DNA of 64,000 bases from Selaginella moellendorffii (GCF_000143415.4 NW_003314263.1:2854041-2918040), one strand, 5' to 3'. Numbered from the stretch's first letter, positions 11,101 to 22,906 are shown. Program-made: numbers and translations. Notes: generated by a model not told the origin, from the letters alone.

Positions 11101-11370
11101 CTAAGGCACGATCCCGGGAACGAGAGCGCGGCGAGGATCAAGAGTGAGGCCGAGAAGATGAAGAGAAGTGTGGAGATTGAAGCGGTGGAATTGAGAGCCG
11201 CGCTTGGGAGCGTTGGAGGTACGTGGTACAAATGCCCGAATGGTCACATCTATGTGGTCGGAGAGTGTGGCCGTCCAATGGAGCAGTCGAGATGTCCAGA
11301 TTGCGCCGCAGTGATTGGAGGATCTCATCACATTCCATTCCAAAGCAACGTTGCCATCTCATTGAGGTAA
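5160..11370 (+). CDS. ZNFX1: ZNFX1-like SF1 (Upf1-like) RNA helicase / RZ-finger E3 ligase with PB1, CCCH, NF-X1 fingers, RING-like and TPR domains; 1-nt frameshift at ~10246
   Basis: Exons 5160-5264, 5315(or 5318)-6370, 6430-10548 and 10608-11370; intron 2 is GC-AG. Helicase motifs LIQGPPGTGKT, IVEEAAEV, LIGDHLQLRP, SLFERM, VDEFQGEE and NRVNVALSRAR. Cys/His-rich NF-X1 repeats ~9560-10385; C-terminal WYKCPNGHIYVVGECGRPMEQSRCPDCAAVIGG (RZ finger). Removing one C at 10245-10247 gives 2014 codons. Confidence 0.9.
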
Positions 11371-11399
11371 GAAAATTTTGTATTAAGGTATGTATTATT

Positions 11400-12164
11400 G
11401 TTCTTCTTTATTTACTTAGTTTATTAATCAAATTAAAAACAAAAAACGTGCTTGTAAAGGAAAAATAATCTTTAATAACTTTTTCATTCTTAATTTTAAA
11501 ATTATTTAACTATTCATCTAAAGAGTATAACTCAATTGATAAAATATTTTATTTTCTACCAAAGTAAATATTATTGGAGCTTAAGAGATATTTTAATGGT
11601 TGTTCAAAACATTTATCCATAACAAAAAGTTTGAGTTAAAAATATTTCGAATGATGTGAGTAAAAGAAGAATTTTTCTTACTCTTTGTCACCCATGTTCG
11701 TTTGTATATCATGCATAAACTCTTTCACTTAAACTATATAAAAAACTTGAAATAAAGAACATATCATATATAATTTTAATGGTAAGCTCTAATGTGCTCT
11801 TATCTTCTTTTGTTACTTTAAAAGTTTTTAACTTTTAAAGCTCAGATGTATGATATCTCTTTAAATTAAAAAAATTAAAAAATTTGATATTAAATTTATT
11901 TGAATAATAAAGTATAATATTTTAATATATTAATTTTTATTTGTATTAAATATAAAATGTAAATTATTAGTCATTTCTATAAAACAATTTATAAGTATAT
12001 ATATATGATTCATTCTAATTTAGTTACTTTAATTTATAAAATTATATTTATATTTACCATTATTTTTTAAATCTTAAGTAGCCTTTGTATATTGTAGCAT
12101 ATGTGTGATTCATGTTTGGATACTATTTATTTTAATGAATGCCATTATTCTAGATGCCATTATT

Positions 12165-12231
<67 letters not shown>

Positions 12232-12790
12232 GTTTCAAAAAATTAATTTATAAGGCATAAACATTGTTTATGCTTCATACTTTATTTTAAATATAAAAAG
12301 AAACTTTAATTAAAAAAAGTTAAATTATAAATCTGGATGAATCCAATTAAAATAAAGTTTTATTTCAGGATTTTCTTCATCAAATATAATTTTATATTCA
12401 GTGAATTATTTTTATTATTTATAAAAAATACTCTTCATTGCTTTAGTATAATTGACAACTTTAACAATTTTATGTAAATCATCCTTTATAATAATGTTTT
12501 ATAAGTTTTTTTTTATTATGTACTCTTCATTTTAATTTACATAATTGTAGTATATATAATTTTTGATCGTTTTCAAGCTTATAACCTATAACCTAAATGC
12601 ATTTTTAATTGAATCTTGTGAAATTTAAATTTTTTTATACAATATAAAAATTTAGACATAATTATTTGCTATATAAAGTAAAAACTAAAGAAGTATTAAT
12701 GTCATATGAGTATAAAACATTAATAGAATTTATAGTGATATAAAAATAAAGATAAAATATGTTTACAAGTCTAATCTTAACCATTGAATC
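11400..12790. other. AT-rich non-coding island with (TA)n microsatellite (~12170-12228)
   Basis: Abrupt shift to very AT-rich, CpG-poor sequence; no credible ORF. Confidence 0.75.
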
Positions 12791-12794
12791 TGAG

Positions 12795-13275
12795 AATGTG
12801 AACTTGGAGATCTTTGAAAGGGCTCGGCAGATCAAATTAGTGTTGTGATTAAGCATGCTACACCTAATTTGTTCCTTGATTACCCACTTCACCCAGAATG
12901 CTTGCCTGCAGCCTCGAGAAAGTCCTTCTGTCGAGATGAGATACTCAATGTTTTCCAGCCACCTTTCGATCGATATGAGAAAGTGGTGCTTGTGGAGTTT
13001 GAGGAGCTCGAGCCGTACGACAACTTACACATATCTCCATTCCTACAAAATGCCCTTGCTGATACTGATATTGTTTCGCCAGAGCTCGAGCCTGGCAGCA
13101 TCCGGTAGTTGATACTTCCCTGCTGCTCGTTTCGGAACGTGTACTGCTGCTCTACAATCACGATTTAAGAGCAATCCTTGAGCACCACCGGGTCCGATGG
13201 AACAGCGACGATGAGAGAGTGAGAAACAAATATCAGTCTCAAGACGTTGGTCTTTCTCGCATTGGTTTCGTGTTT
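12795..13275 (-). pseudogene. Second inverted, shortened copy of the ZNFX1-like 5' region
   Basis: Reverse complement matches pieces of 5085-6130: 5'UTR, the EQQQ repeat, CCCH remnant FCRNGDMCKLSYG and IRCSMLNHNTNLI. Confidence 0.85.
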
Positions 13276-13588
13276 CTTAGCCATGCACTCTTAGCTGCGA
13301 CTCAAGCCGGGGTTTTGAAGGACAGAAGGCTTTTAGTGGCCAGGCACAGAGTTTACGGAGTTCTTGTGCTGGATAACCCCAGGGGATATAGGATTTGTGA
13401 TTCCGTCCGACCACGAGGTAGAATTTTCTGGTGCTTTTAAAGAAAAATGGTGCTGGTTTGCAATGGTGCGAATTCCTTGGAGATTGCGCTGCCGGTAATT
13501 TGCTCAAGCTTCGGTGGCAGTCAAGAACGACCAATAACTTTTTGCTACTGCGCTATCTTGTTTAAAGTGCTATAGGGTTCAGAGGTGA

Positions 13589-15047
13589 ATGGAGCCCACT
13601 GCTGGAGCAAGAGCGACGCGGTTGGGGCATTTAACGTGCTGGATTTTGGGCGTGGGTGCTGTCTTGACATGGAACAGCATGCTGTCTGCTATGGATTATT
13701 ATTTACAAGTCTTCTCCGTATGACAATGCCTGGCAACTTTGATTCTATATTCAATTTGCGTTTGTTTTTGCAGGATTACTATCCATCCCGAGTTCTTCCA
13801 CTTGTTTATCAGCCTATTTCCATGCTTGTGGTGGGAATTTTGACTGCATTTGAATCAGAGATCATCACACAGTACCGCGTTGTATGTGGATTTTGGCTCT
13901 TCTTTTTCGTCTCGTTCTTCATCCCGGTCGTAAGTTTAGATCATCTTGAAGGATAAACAGTTAGTTAAACTTTTTGTCTATTTCAGCTCGATCTAGCCTC
14001 TTCGGGTCTCGGGAGCTTTGGAACCTACGTTGGCGTATGCATCAGCACTGCATTGTTTGGTGCATCTGGAGGCTGCGTTGAAGCTGGAGTTGTCGGGGTG
14101 CTATCTTACACCCACACCGGACTTTTGCAGGTATCTCAAAATGTGATTGCTTTCTGCAGATAACTAATCATATAATACAATCTTCAGTCTTTTACTGCAG
14201 GTGTAGCTGCTTCTGGTGTTGCTACATCATGCATGAGGCTAATAACCAAAGCTTCATTTACAGAAGATAGAGCTGGACTACGAAAAGGAGCTCGTAAGCG
14301 TCAAGAAATAGAATCTTTATCTTTCGATTTGATTTTTTTATTCTTGCAGTTGCTTTCTTCTTTATCTCCGCAATTGTTGAGCTGGTTTGTGTGGTACTTT
14401 ACATTTTTGTCTTCCCACGCTTTACAAAACGGGTCCAAAGTGAGGCAATAGAAACGGAACCAAGACTAAGCAACACAAAACTCCTTAAAGCCAATCTGGA
14501 TTACGTGTTCAACATCTTCATCATTCACGTGGTTACACTAGCAATATTTCCAGGAATTCTAGCGAAGCATAGCCAAACACTCCAGCTAGGATCATGGTAC
14601 CAATTCTTTGATCAGTTTTTATTCGATCCTTGAATAACACTTTTGCAGGTACGTGGTTACACTGGTTACAGTATTTAATGTTGGGGATATGGCTGGTCGA
14701 TACTTCATATGCCTCAACTTTTTGAAGCTGAAAAACAGGACAATGCTCTTCTGGCTGGTCCTCGTAAGGTTCGCACTCGTTCCTGCTTTTTACTTTGGAA
14801 GCCAGTATGAAGGGTGGACAATAGTCCTTTGCTTTTTTCTTGGGACATCAAATGGCCACTTCAGCGTTTGCGTGTTTGTAAACGCTCCCAAAGGCTACAA
14901 GGTACTAGCAAATACAAATGCAGTCTTGCTTAACTTTTGTTGTTAGAACAGGTATCTGAACAAAGTGCACTGGGCAACATTCTAGTATTTGCTCTTCTTA
15001 GTGGCGTTTTTGTTGGTGAGGTTGCGAGTTGGATGTGGCTTCTCTAG
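13589..15047 (+). CDS. Equilibrative nucleoside transporter (ENT family, spliced)
   Basis: CWILGVGAVLTWNSMLSAMDYY, DYYPSRVLPLVYQP, VTLAIFPG, FNVGDMAGRY, FLGTSNGH. Confidence 0.88.
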
Positions 15048-15317
15048 CACCATATTGTTGTTTTACCACCTTTTTCTTTCTTACAAGACATGAGATAAAA
15101 ATATTTGTAAAATATGTCTCTTTGATGGAGAGCATATAGAAATTATCAATCAGCCATTTCTATGTCCAAACCCAAATGTTTGCTCATCTGAGAGAGCCGC
15201 GGACTTGAACTTTTGGCACGGAGACGATACGACGTTCAACCTGAAGGACATCGTTTACCTGTGTTAAGCACCAAAGACAATGGAAGGATCTCTTTGTTTA
15301 TTTGGACGAAGATTTTT

Positions 15318-16510
15318 TTATTTCTTTTTCTTTGGTGCCTCTGGCTCTGGTGGCGTGAGCTTCTCGTCGAACAGATCGAGGTCTTTCACTTCCTGCCTCA
15401 AAGCCACTGTTTGCATCACAGAAAAAACATGAAAACAGTTTTTTTCCTTCCAGCACCAACGAAAAGAAGAGAAAGAAGAACCTGTTCTTGGGCTTGGAAC
15501 TTCCATGACAATCTTGGGCGTGGTACTGCGAAGTGGTAGCAATGTTGCTGGCTCGGTTGGAGGATCCTCCGGCTTGACTAGCACTGCTGGATCTTTGGAA
15601 GTGGAAGTATCCTCCTCGGGCTTGACTATCATCGTCGCCGGCTCGGCGGGAGGATCCTCTGGCTTGACAATCACCTCCGCCACTGGCTCCAGCAACTTAA
15701 GCTCCGAGGGTCTCTTCGCGAAGTACGTATCGATCAAGAGCCTTAAGTTGTCGCTCGATTCTTTGAAATCAGCAGGCTCCTCTTCGGGATGCGTAAGTCT
15801 TCGCTTCTCTGGACGAAGAAAAATGGAAGAACACGAGAAGCGAGATGTTAGTTCACGACGAAAGTTGTGAAATCGTCACCTCATCTGGCTCGCTATAGAA
15901 TTGACTAAAACCTCAACGCAGCTCGGTGACGATTGAGAGATAGAGTGCTTGTGAACCTATGGTGCGACGCCGCTGCCTCTCCGCAACTTGGAGCTTGGAA
16001 AGAAGGAAGAGCATGTGTGCTTTGAGCTGCCTTTGCCTGTTCCATGCCTCTCGTTCTGCTACTACTCTCTCGTGCCACTGGAAAAACAAATAAAAATGAA
16101 AACTTTCATGAGCTTGAGAGAAACGTACTTGAAGCAAGACTTGGTCTGTCGAATAAGTTTGATATGGATCGGTGATTCTTAATTGGCGATGGCATTTCTT
16201 AAAATCGTAAGCGTGACCACCCTGGAGAGAAAGAAAGAAAGAAAGAAAGAAAAAAAACAGATGGAAAGTGAGAAAAATCACTTTCTTTTGTAAAGGAGAG
16301 GCATCCAACTACGAGATAGAATTTTTTGCTTACCACTTCCCAGGGTTTACACAAAGCGTGGAGCAAGACATCTGCGTCGTACTGGAGCTGTATGGGATGC
16401 TTCTCCTGTAATTCCTTCATCATCTTGGCCACCACAGCCTTCTCACCGGTGAGATCAGAGGAATCGAGCACCTTAGTCACCAGATCCATTGGCGGCAACT
16501 CCATCACCAT
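15318..16510 (-). CDS. Hypothetical spliced protein with repeated VKPE(D/E) motifs; exon structure uncertain
   Basis: ATG at 16510 and several coding-like exons bounded by GT/AG; the junction near 15913-15960 is unresolved. Confidence 0.5.
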
Positions 16511-16941
16511 CGCCCCCAATCTAACCCTAAAGACAAATGGGTGCGTCCACTATGACACTGCCACGTGGCTATTCGTCCAGGTAAGCTTAATTTTAAAGAA
16601 AGACACGAACCACTAAGATATTTCAGAATATTTTATGGCTTAGCCTATTCGTTTTAAAACCACATATTTAACCTCTCTCCTAAGCCAAACCAAAATAAGT
16701 TTTTCTAGATACTTTACAATAATCTCTAAACCCAAAAGTGGAATAACTAAAATACTAACATAGGTATTACAAAGCTGACTTTCATGCTGAATAATCACAC
16801 ATTAATTTGAATTAGTAAAATCTTGCTATTCCTAAGACTTTTGTCAACTTGCATCTTGATTATCCAAAACAAAGAAACCAACAAACACTACATGACAGAA
16901 GGTTGTTGGTAGCTCAAGCTTTTTTGATCAAGTTAGTATGT

Positions 16942-17040
16942 CACGTGTTATATAAACTCCACACATTCCAATCTCTAGTGAAAACATACTTTCCATCAAG
17001 TATTACAATCTCTAGTGACAACATACTTTCCAACAAGTAT
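16942..17040 (+). promoter_or_regulatory. G-box (CACGTG) and TATA box, followed by a 35-bp tandem duplication in the 5'UTR of the Cys-rich peptide gene
   Basis: CACGTG at 16942-16947, TATATAAA at ~16949; repeat copies at 16969-17003 and 17006-17040. Confidence 0.55.
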
Positions 17041-17290
17041 GAAGGCGATTTTCTTCTTAGTTTTCTTTGCAGCTTTGATCATCACTAACACAAAAATGGG
17101 ATCTGAGGCTAAACAGCTAAAAGGATGTGGAGATAGCTGCCAGAGTAGCGATGATTGTCGGGAGGGATTTGATTGCCTTGGAGGAATGTGTGACAAGCTT
17201 GAATGTGTTTGTGGAGCTTATTGCGGCCCAGGAACCAGTGGGTGCTATGCAAATCTTCCATGCAATGAGGATTACGAGTGCGTATGTTAG
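17039..17290 (+). CDS. Small secreted cysteine-rich peptide (83 aa, 12 Cys)
   Basis: Signal-peptide-like MKAIFFLVFFAALII, then a mature region with 12 Cys; intronless. Confidence 0.8.
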   Translation: MKAIFFLVFFAALIITNTKMGSEAKQLKGCGDSCQSSDDCREGFDCLGGMCDKLECVCGAYCGPGTSGCYANLPCNEDYECVC

Positions 17291-17332
17291 TGAAATATTT
17301 ACTTTGATGTAGAAGCTTATTTATTCAAAGCT

Positions 17333-17434
17333 NNNNNNNNNNNNNNNNNNNNNNNNNNNNNNNNNNNNNNNNNNNNNNNNNNNNNNNNNNNNNNNNNNNN
17401 NNNNNNNNNNNNNNNNNNNNNNNNNNNNNNNNNN
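17333..17434. other. Assembly gap (102 N)
   Basis: Run of N. Confidence 1.
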
Positions 17435-17689
17435 TGAAAATGTATAGAGCAATCCATGCTGCATTTATCTGATTCAAAGGTAATGAAGAACAAAAAAGAA
17501 CTGCATATAAGTTGCTCAAGGACATGTTTGCAGAGGAGCGCTCCTTTGCTCTAAGAGATGGTTTGGAACAATACTAGAACAAAAGATCTCAACTCTCGAC
17601 TACAAATCATCTCTCATGAAAAAACACAAGGATTTATTTTTTGATGTCTCTGAAAACCTACAAAAAAAGAAAGACGATGTTGTGAGGAA

Positions 17690-19740
17690 TCAGCTCTCAC
17701 TAGCTTTCAACGCAGGCGCCTCCTCCATCTCTTTCTCCTCTTTATCGTCTTGAGCCTCAAACTCGTTCTGTGCTGCCATCGCCTTGACGATTGGATCTCG
17801 CAGCTCGGCAATGAGGCCACCGCCAATCTTATACTCGGCCTCGTCGCCGGCGACGTAGATCCTTCCTTCGTGCCCGGCGATGTCAACTGCTAGAAGCTTG
17901 AAGTCATACTGGAAGACGAACGAAGGAAAGTTAGTCATACTGAGATTAGCAGAAAGATAGGAGAATAGCATTGGAGAACGAACGAAACTTTAAGAAGAGA
18001 AGCGAAGAAAGGATGAGGGAAAACTGGAAGAAAAATGAAAAATCTGAGTGAAGAATCGAAGCGACTTCCGAAAGACGACGAGAGAACTTGCCTGGCCTTG
18101 TTTCTTCTTCGTCTCGATGCTCACGAGTCCTCGCTTCTCCGATCCTTGGATGGGGAAGATTAGAAAACACCGCTTGCTGCTCACTCGAGGCTTCAAGTTG
18201 TTGATCCGGAGGCCACCTCCGGTCATCACGTAGGCACGAATGTCTGTCCCGGAGAGAGGAGCGCCGAGCGCCTTGAGCACGTCCGCAGAAGTGTTGAGCC
18301 TACGCATCGCAATTCTGTAGACTGCATCGGGATTTATCGTGTATCTCGCTTTCAAAACCATTCCCTGCGCCAGAAGCAAAGGAACTAAGTTAGTGCACGA
18401 GAACAAGAACAAAACTAGAACCAAGGAGAGAATGAAAAGAAGAGAGGAAGCCACGATAGCTATAATAGTTTCCTAGAATATGGAAAGAAACTAAAAACAA
18501 AACCAAAAACTACAAACGAACGACGAAGAACCTCACAATGGAGGAAGCAAATCAAAGAGAACGAGGAAAAGTGAAACTCGGACGAGGAAAAGTATAGAAA
18601 GTCAGAATGGAGAAATAGAAAGAAACGAGAACAAGGAAAAGGCTGGAAACTCAAAATGGAGGAAATTGAAGCTCTCAAGAAACGAGAACAATAGAAATGA
18701 CTGAGGTCAAAGAAAAGATGGAAGATAGAAGCTCCGAAAGAACGAGAACGATGAAAAGCATAGAAACTCACAATGGAGGAAGAAAATCAAAGAAAAGATA
18801 AGCTCCAAAGAAACGAAAACGAGGAAGAGGCTAGAAACTCACCATGGGAGAAGAAAGAAAAGAAGATAGAAGCTCCGAGAACGAGGAAAAACATAAAAAC
18901 TCACAATGGCAGAAGAAGGAAGAAAAGATGGAAGATGAAGCCCCGGAGAAACGAGGAGGAAAAACATAGAAACTCAAAATGGCAGATGAAGAAATGGAAG
19001 ATAGAAGCTCAAAGGCTAGAAAACTCACAATGTAGGAAGAACATCAAAGAAAAGATGGAAGATAGAAAACGAGAACGAGGAAAAGCATACAAACTCACAA
19101 TGGAGGAAGAAGATCAAAGATGGAAGCACTGAGCTCTTACACTGAAGGTGACCATTGCTGCTGCCAATGCGAGAAATCCATACTTGGCCATCCCTTCCGA
19201 GAGCGAGACGAACAAGCTCGCGATCCCAAACATCACCTTCCACAGGAGAAGGCAAGCGGCCAGCCCCACCGCTCCCACCACAACCAAGTAGTTCCTCCTC
19301 CAAAACGCTTCGATCTGGAGCTTGAGAGCTTCCCGATAGCTCACAAGCGTCTTGGCCACTGGAGCTGACACAGCCGATAGCGCTCCCTTCGTCCCCTCGG
19401 CGAATTCGCTGTTCTTCACGGATTCCACCACTGCTCGCGGCTTCTCCATCACTGCCTGCTTCATCTTCTCTTGCGCGATCCTCCATTTCTCCGCGAACGT
19501 CGTCTCGGTGGAGTGGTCGGTGGCCACTCCACGGCGCTGCCGCAATAGGGAGATGGATCTCTTCCACGGGAGGAGCGTCGATTCGGCGGCTCTGGGCGCG
19601 CAGATCGTCGAGAATAGCGCCGATCGAAGCTCCCAGCTGCTGCCCGGCTGGGATAGAACCCTAGACGAAGAAGAAAAGGCGATGGCATCGGCTGCGAGAG
19701 CTCCCACGATCCCACGCCGCGCACAGCGCCTCAGCGCCAT
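17690..19740 (-). CDS. Mitochondrial Tim21-like inner-membrane protein (3 exons)
   Basis: Transit-peptide-like N-terminus; LQIEAFWRRNY, SEGMAKYGFLAL, INPDAVYRIAMRRLN, KRCFLIFPIQGSEKRGLVS, YDFKLLAVD. Intron 18365-19140 plus a GC-AG second intron. Confidence 0.82.
18460..19130. repeat. Degenerate purine-rich minisatellite (~60-70 bp units) within intron 1
   Basis: Recurring AAACTCACAATGGAGGAAG and GATGGAAGATAGAAGCTC units. Confidence 0.8.
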
Positions 19741-19873
19741 GCCTTAGCTGGAATCTCCTATCTGGCCCCGGCCATGGACTGGAATCGAGAGTCTAGAACG
19801 CACCTCTTTCCCCTGTTTGATTGAAGAGCCCTAAAAATGTATCATTGTGCCAAGAACCCTAAATTCTTGAGCG

Positions 19874-21623
19874 ATGTCTCTTCTTGCGCCGGGCGCCAAT
19901 GCGCTCCACTGCTTCTCCTCTTCTTCCATCTTTGCCAGGGATTTTGTGACGGTTCCAGTGTGGATTAGCTGCAAGCGCCATTGCCGCTTCACGATCGCTG
20001 CTGCGGCGCAGTCCCGGGGTCGGGGTTTTGCGGATTGGGCCAAGAGTCTGGGCAATCAGGAGCCCATCGGTGCGCGGATTGTGAGAATGGTGGCCACTGC
20101 GACATCGTCGCCGCTGGCGCAGTACATTTCTTCTCCAGTTACGGTCTTGCATTCGCTGGATCCCCGAGTTAAACAGGTTTCTTTTTCTTCTTTTTCCCTT
20201 CTAGCTTGTAGTGTTCTTCGTGCTTGGACGTGGCAAATTCTCTTTTTCTTGCGTAGTTTCCTTTGTTATCTTTTTCTCTTTTTTCTCTTTGTTCTTCGTG
20301 CTTGGATGATAGTTTTGTGGAAAATTCTCTTTTCTCTTCGTGCTTGGATGATTCGTGATTAAGTCTATCTTTTGTGGTTTTTCTTGCCAACTTTTGCTTG
20401 GATCATCGTGATCTCTCTTCTTTTCTTCCGCGGGTTCTTCGCGTGCTTATACTCTTTGTAGAGAGTTTTCTCTTCTACTGTTCTTCGTGATGGTAACCCG
20501 TTTAAATCAGGTTTGAGCTTGCAGGCTTGGTTACTTGGCTTGATCGTTTTATCTTCGCGAGCACACGCAGTATTTCGACTAGGCGTGGTCGCCCTCCTCT
20601 CCACAGCAGCTGTTTCGTGTCTTCCAAAGAGAGTATGGCAGGTTCGTTTCTAGCGTCCCTTTTTTTCTTCCTTGAAATCTCCAGTAACATCCAGCGTTTC
20701 TCTCTCGATTCACAGGACCAGTTGGGAAGAACAACATTGCTCTGTGGATTGCTTTTCGTGATGGCAGCTTTGACGACAGATGGTGTCACACCGATCATGC
20801 AAGTTCGAACACCACCACCGAGTGTGGATTCATTGCCTCCGCTGCCTCCAGCTCTGAATCGCTACTCCTACGTTTTCTTCAAGCTTGGGCCTTTCCAGCT
20901 CACGACCAAAGGTGTAGCACTCGCTACCACGGCTGCGTGTTTATCATTCACGGTAAGCTTTCGTAGTCTCTTCAGAGCAAACGCTCATGTTTCTTTGTTT
21001 CCAGGTGCTCCAAAGTGCCAGTCTTTGTATCGCTACGACCACTCCAGAGGATCTAGCAGCCGGGCTGCGATGGTTTCTTCGTCCACTTCAAAGAGTCGGC
21101 GTTGCTGTGGACGAGATGATACTCACTTTGCTACTGTCGCTTAGATTCACTGGTCTTGTCTTCGACGAGGTACGTTACCCCGAGAGGTTTTTCGGAGCGA
21201 GCGTGATGGATTTCCACTCACTTCCAGGTGCGAAACATTGCCTTGGCCGTGGCTTCGCGGGGCGTGCAGTGGAAATCGTTGAAGCTGCGAGAGACTCTAG
21301 AACGTAAGTTTGCGCTTCTCTTTCATTGAAAACTCGAGCTTTCCTTTCTTGGCAGATCTTGGGACACTCGTAAGTCGCTTGTTCAAAAATCTCTTCATTC
21401 ATGCCGAGCATATAACCGAGGTAGGACGCAAATCTTCCTTTGTCATCGTTGAAAGCTTTGTTTATCCCAGGCTATGATAGCTCGAGGTTTCAAAGGCAAT
21501 CCCGAAGAACACAAGCTCTACTTCTTGAGCAGGCTCTCTATTAAGTTAAACGATGTTCTGGCGCTGGCGGCGCTGGGATCGGTGCTGCTAGCCGCCGCTG
21601 CCTCGGAAATCTTGCTCTCGTAA
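19874..21623 (+). CDS. ABCI12: ABCI12-like plastid ECF-transporter T component
   Basis: VLHSLDPRVKQ, DQLGR, QSASLCIATTTPEDLA, LTLLLSLRF, FDEVRN, AMIARGFKG. Confidence 0.88.
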
Positions 21624-21634
21624 AGCTCACTTCA

Positions 21635-22906
21635 TCAAAGATCCACCTTTTGGGCCTGGCGCTGCTTAGAGGACTTGGCTCTCCGCCACCATCGCTTGAC
21701 ATACTTGGTTACTTTGTCCTTCGTTTTCCTCGCACTGCTCAGCGTGTCACGGCCAATGGATTGTACGTGATCGAGAACTTGAGTTAGCATGCTTCGCTTG
21801 GGTTGGTTCTTTGGATTCGCAGGGTTCTTCAAGTTTTGCTTCTGCGGAGTTTTGGAAATCTTTTAGCACCGAGACAATGAAAGAAAAGGCAAGTTTGAGA
21901 ACCTTAAGAAGTGATTGAAGCTTGCTTCCTTCGTCGGTATCGTCGTCGTCATCGTCATCGTCGGGGTCACCAGCCGGATAGTTGTTCATGTTCATGAGAT
22001 CGTCCTTGGAATACATTTTCATTCCTTGTCCTCCAGGCATGTCCTGTGAAAACCATGAAAACATATAGAGTAAAGAATCGAGCGCTTGGCTATGAAGGTC
22101 TAAAACTTACACCCATGGAACGCATCAGTCTAGCCATGTCCGCGTCCTTGGTGGGCTTTGGCGTGAAGGGCTCTCCCAAATCTAGCGTCTGGAAAGCAGG
22201 CATTTTCATCGTGTTTGGAGGCTTAGAAAAGGCAAAACTTACTTTCGGAAGCGCTGGTAGTTTGGATGAGCAGGACTTGGTGACTTCTTTGCAAAGTGAC
22301 TTGAAAATGGCCTCTTCCGATAGATCGCGTAAGTGTGTGTGGATAAACTCCGCGATATCGGTGTCATGGTCTCCGATCACCTACAAAGAATTTTCCTTGT
22401 CGTTCTAAATATCTCGTGAAATAAGAAAAGAAAAATTCATACTTCTTGGCACGTTCGTTCGATCGTCCTGCATTTGGTGTTGCATTCTCCTTCTTCCGGC
22501 TGCTCCACGAGCTGAGATCCAGAGCACAAGTCCATCATCTCACAGAAAAGAAAAGGAGAAGAATCTACCTTGAGTTTGTTTCCTTCTCGCACGATATCCA
22601 GGAAGAACATCCATTCGCTTTCCCGCTTCTTGACATTGCAGATATTCTCCGCTAGCTCGATAATCTCGAATTCTGAGAGCTGCCAGACGCGATCAGCCCC
22701 GGCACTAGATTTTCTTGCCTTTTTCTCACCTTCTTCTTGATCGATTTCTTCTCCGAAACCTTCTCGAACAGCTGCTTGGAGATCTGCTCGCACACCGCGC
22801 AGCCCAGGTACTTGATATTCTCCTTCCGTGCCACTTGCGCATCGACCTTTGCTACGATCAAGAGCGCGAGCGCGATTGCGATCGCGAAGCGCTGGAATGG
22901 CGGCAT
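21635..22906 (-). CDS. ER saposin-B/Canopy-like protein (SES1-like)
   Basis: Signal peptide; ARKENIKYLGCAVCE, ENICNVKK, GECNTKCRTIERTCQEV, GMKMYSKDDL; C-terminal KVDL. Confidence 0.82.

Noticed and set aside
17325-17525. ORF spanning Ns
   Set aside because: Artifact of the assembly gap.
18460-19132. ORFs rich in K/E/R or F/S
   Set aside because: Translations of the intronic minisatellite.
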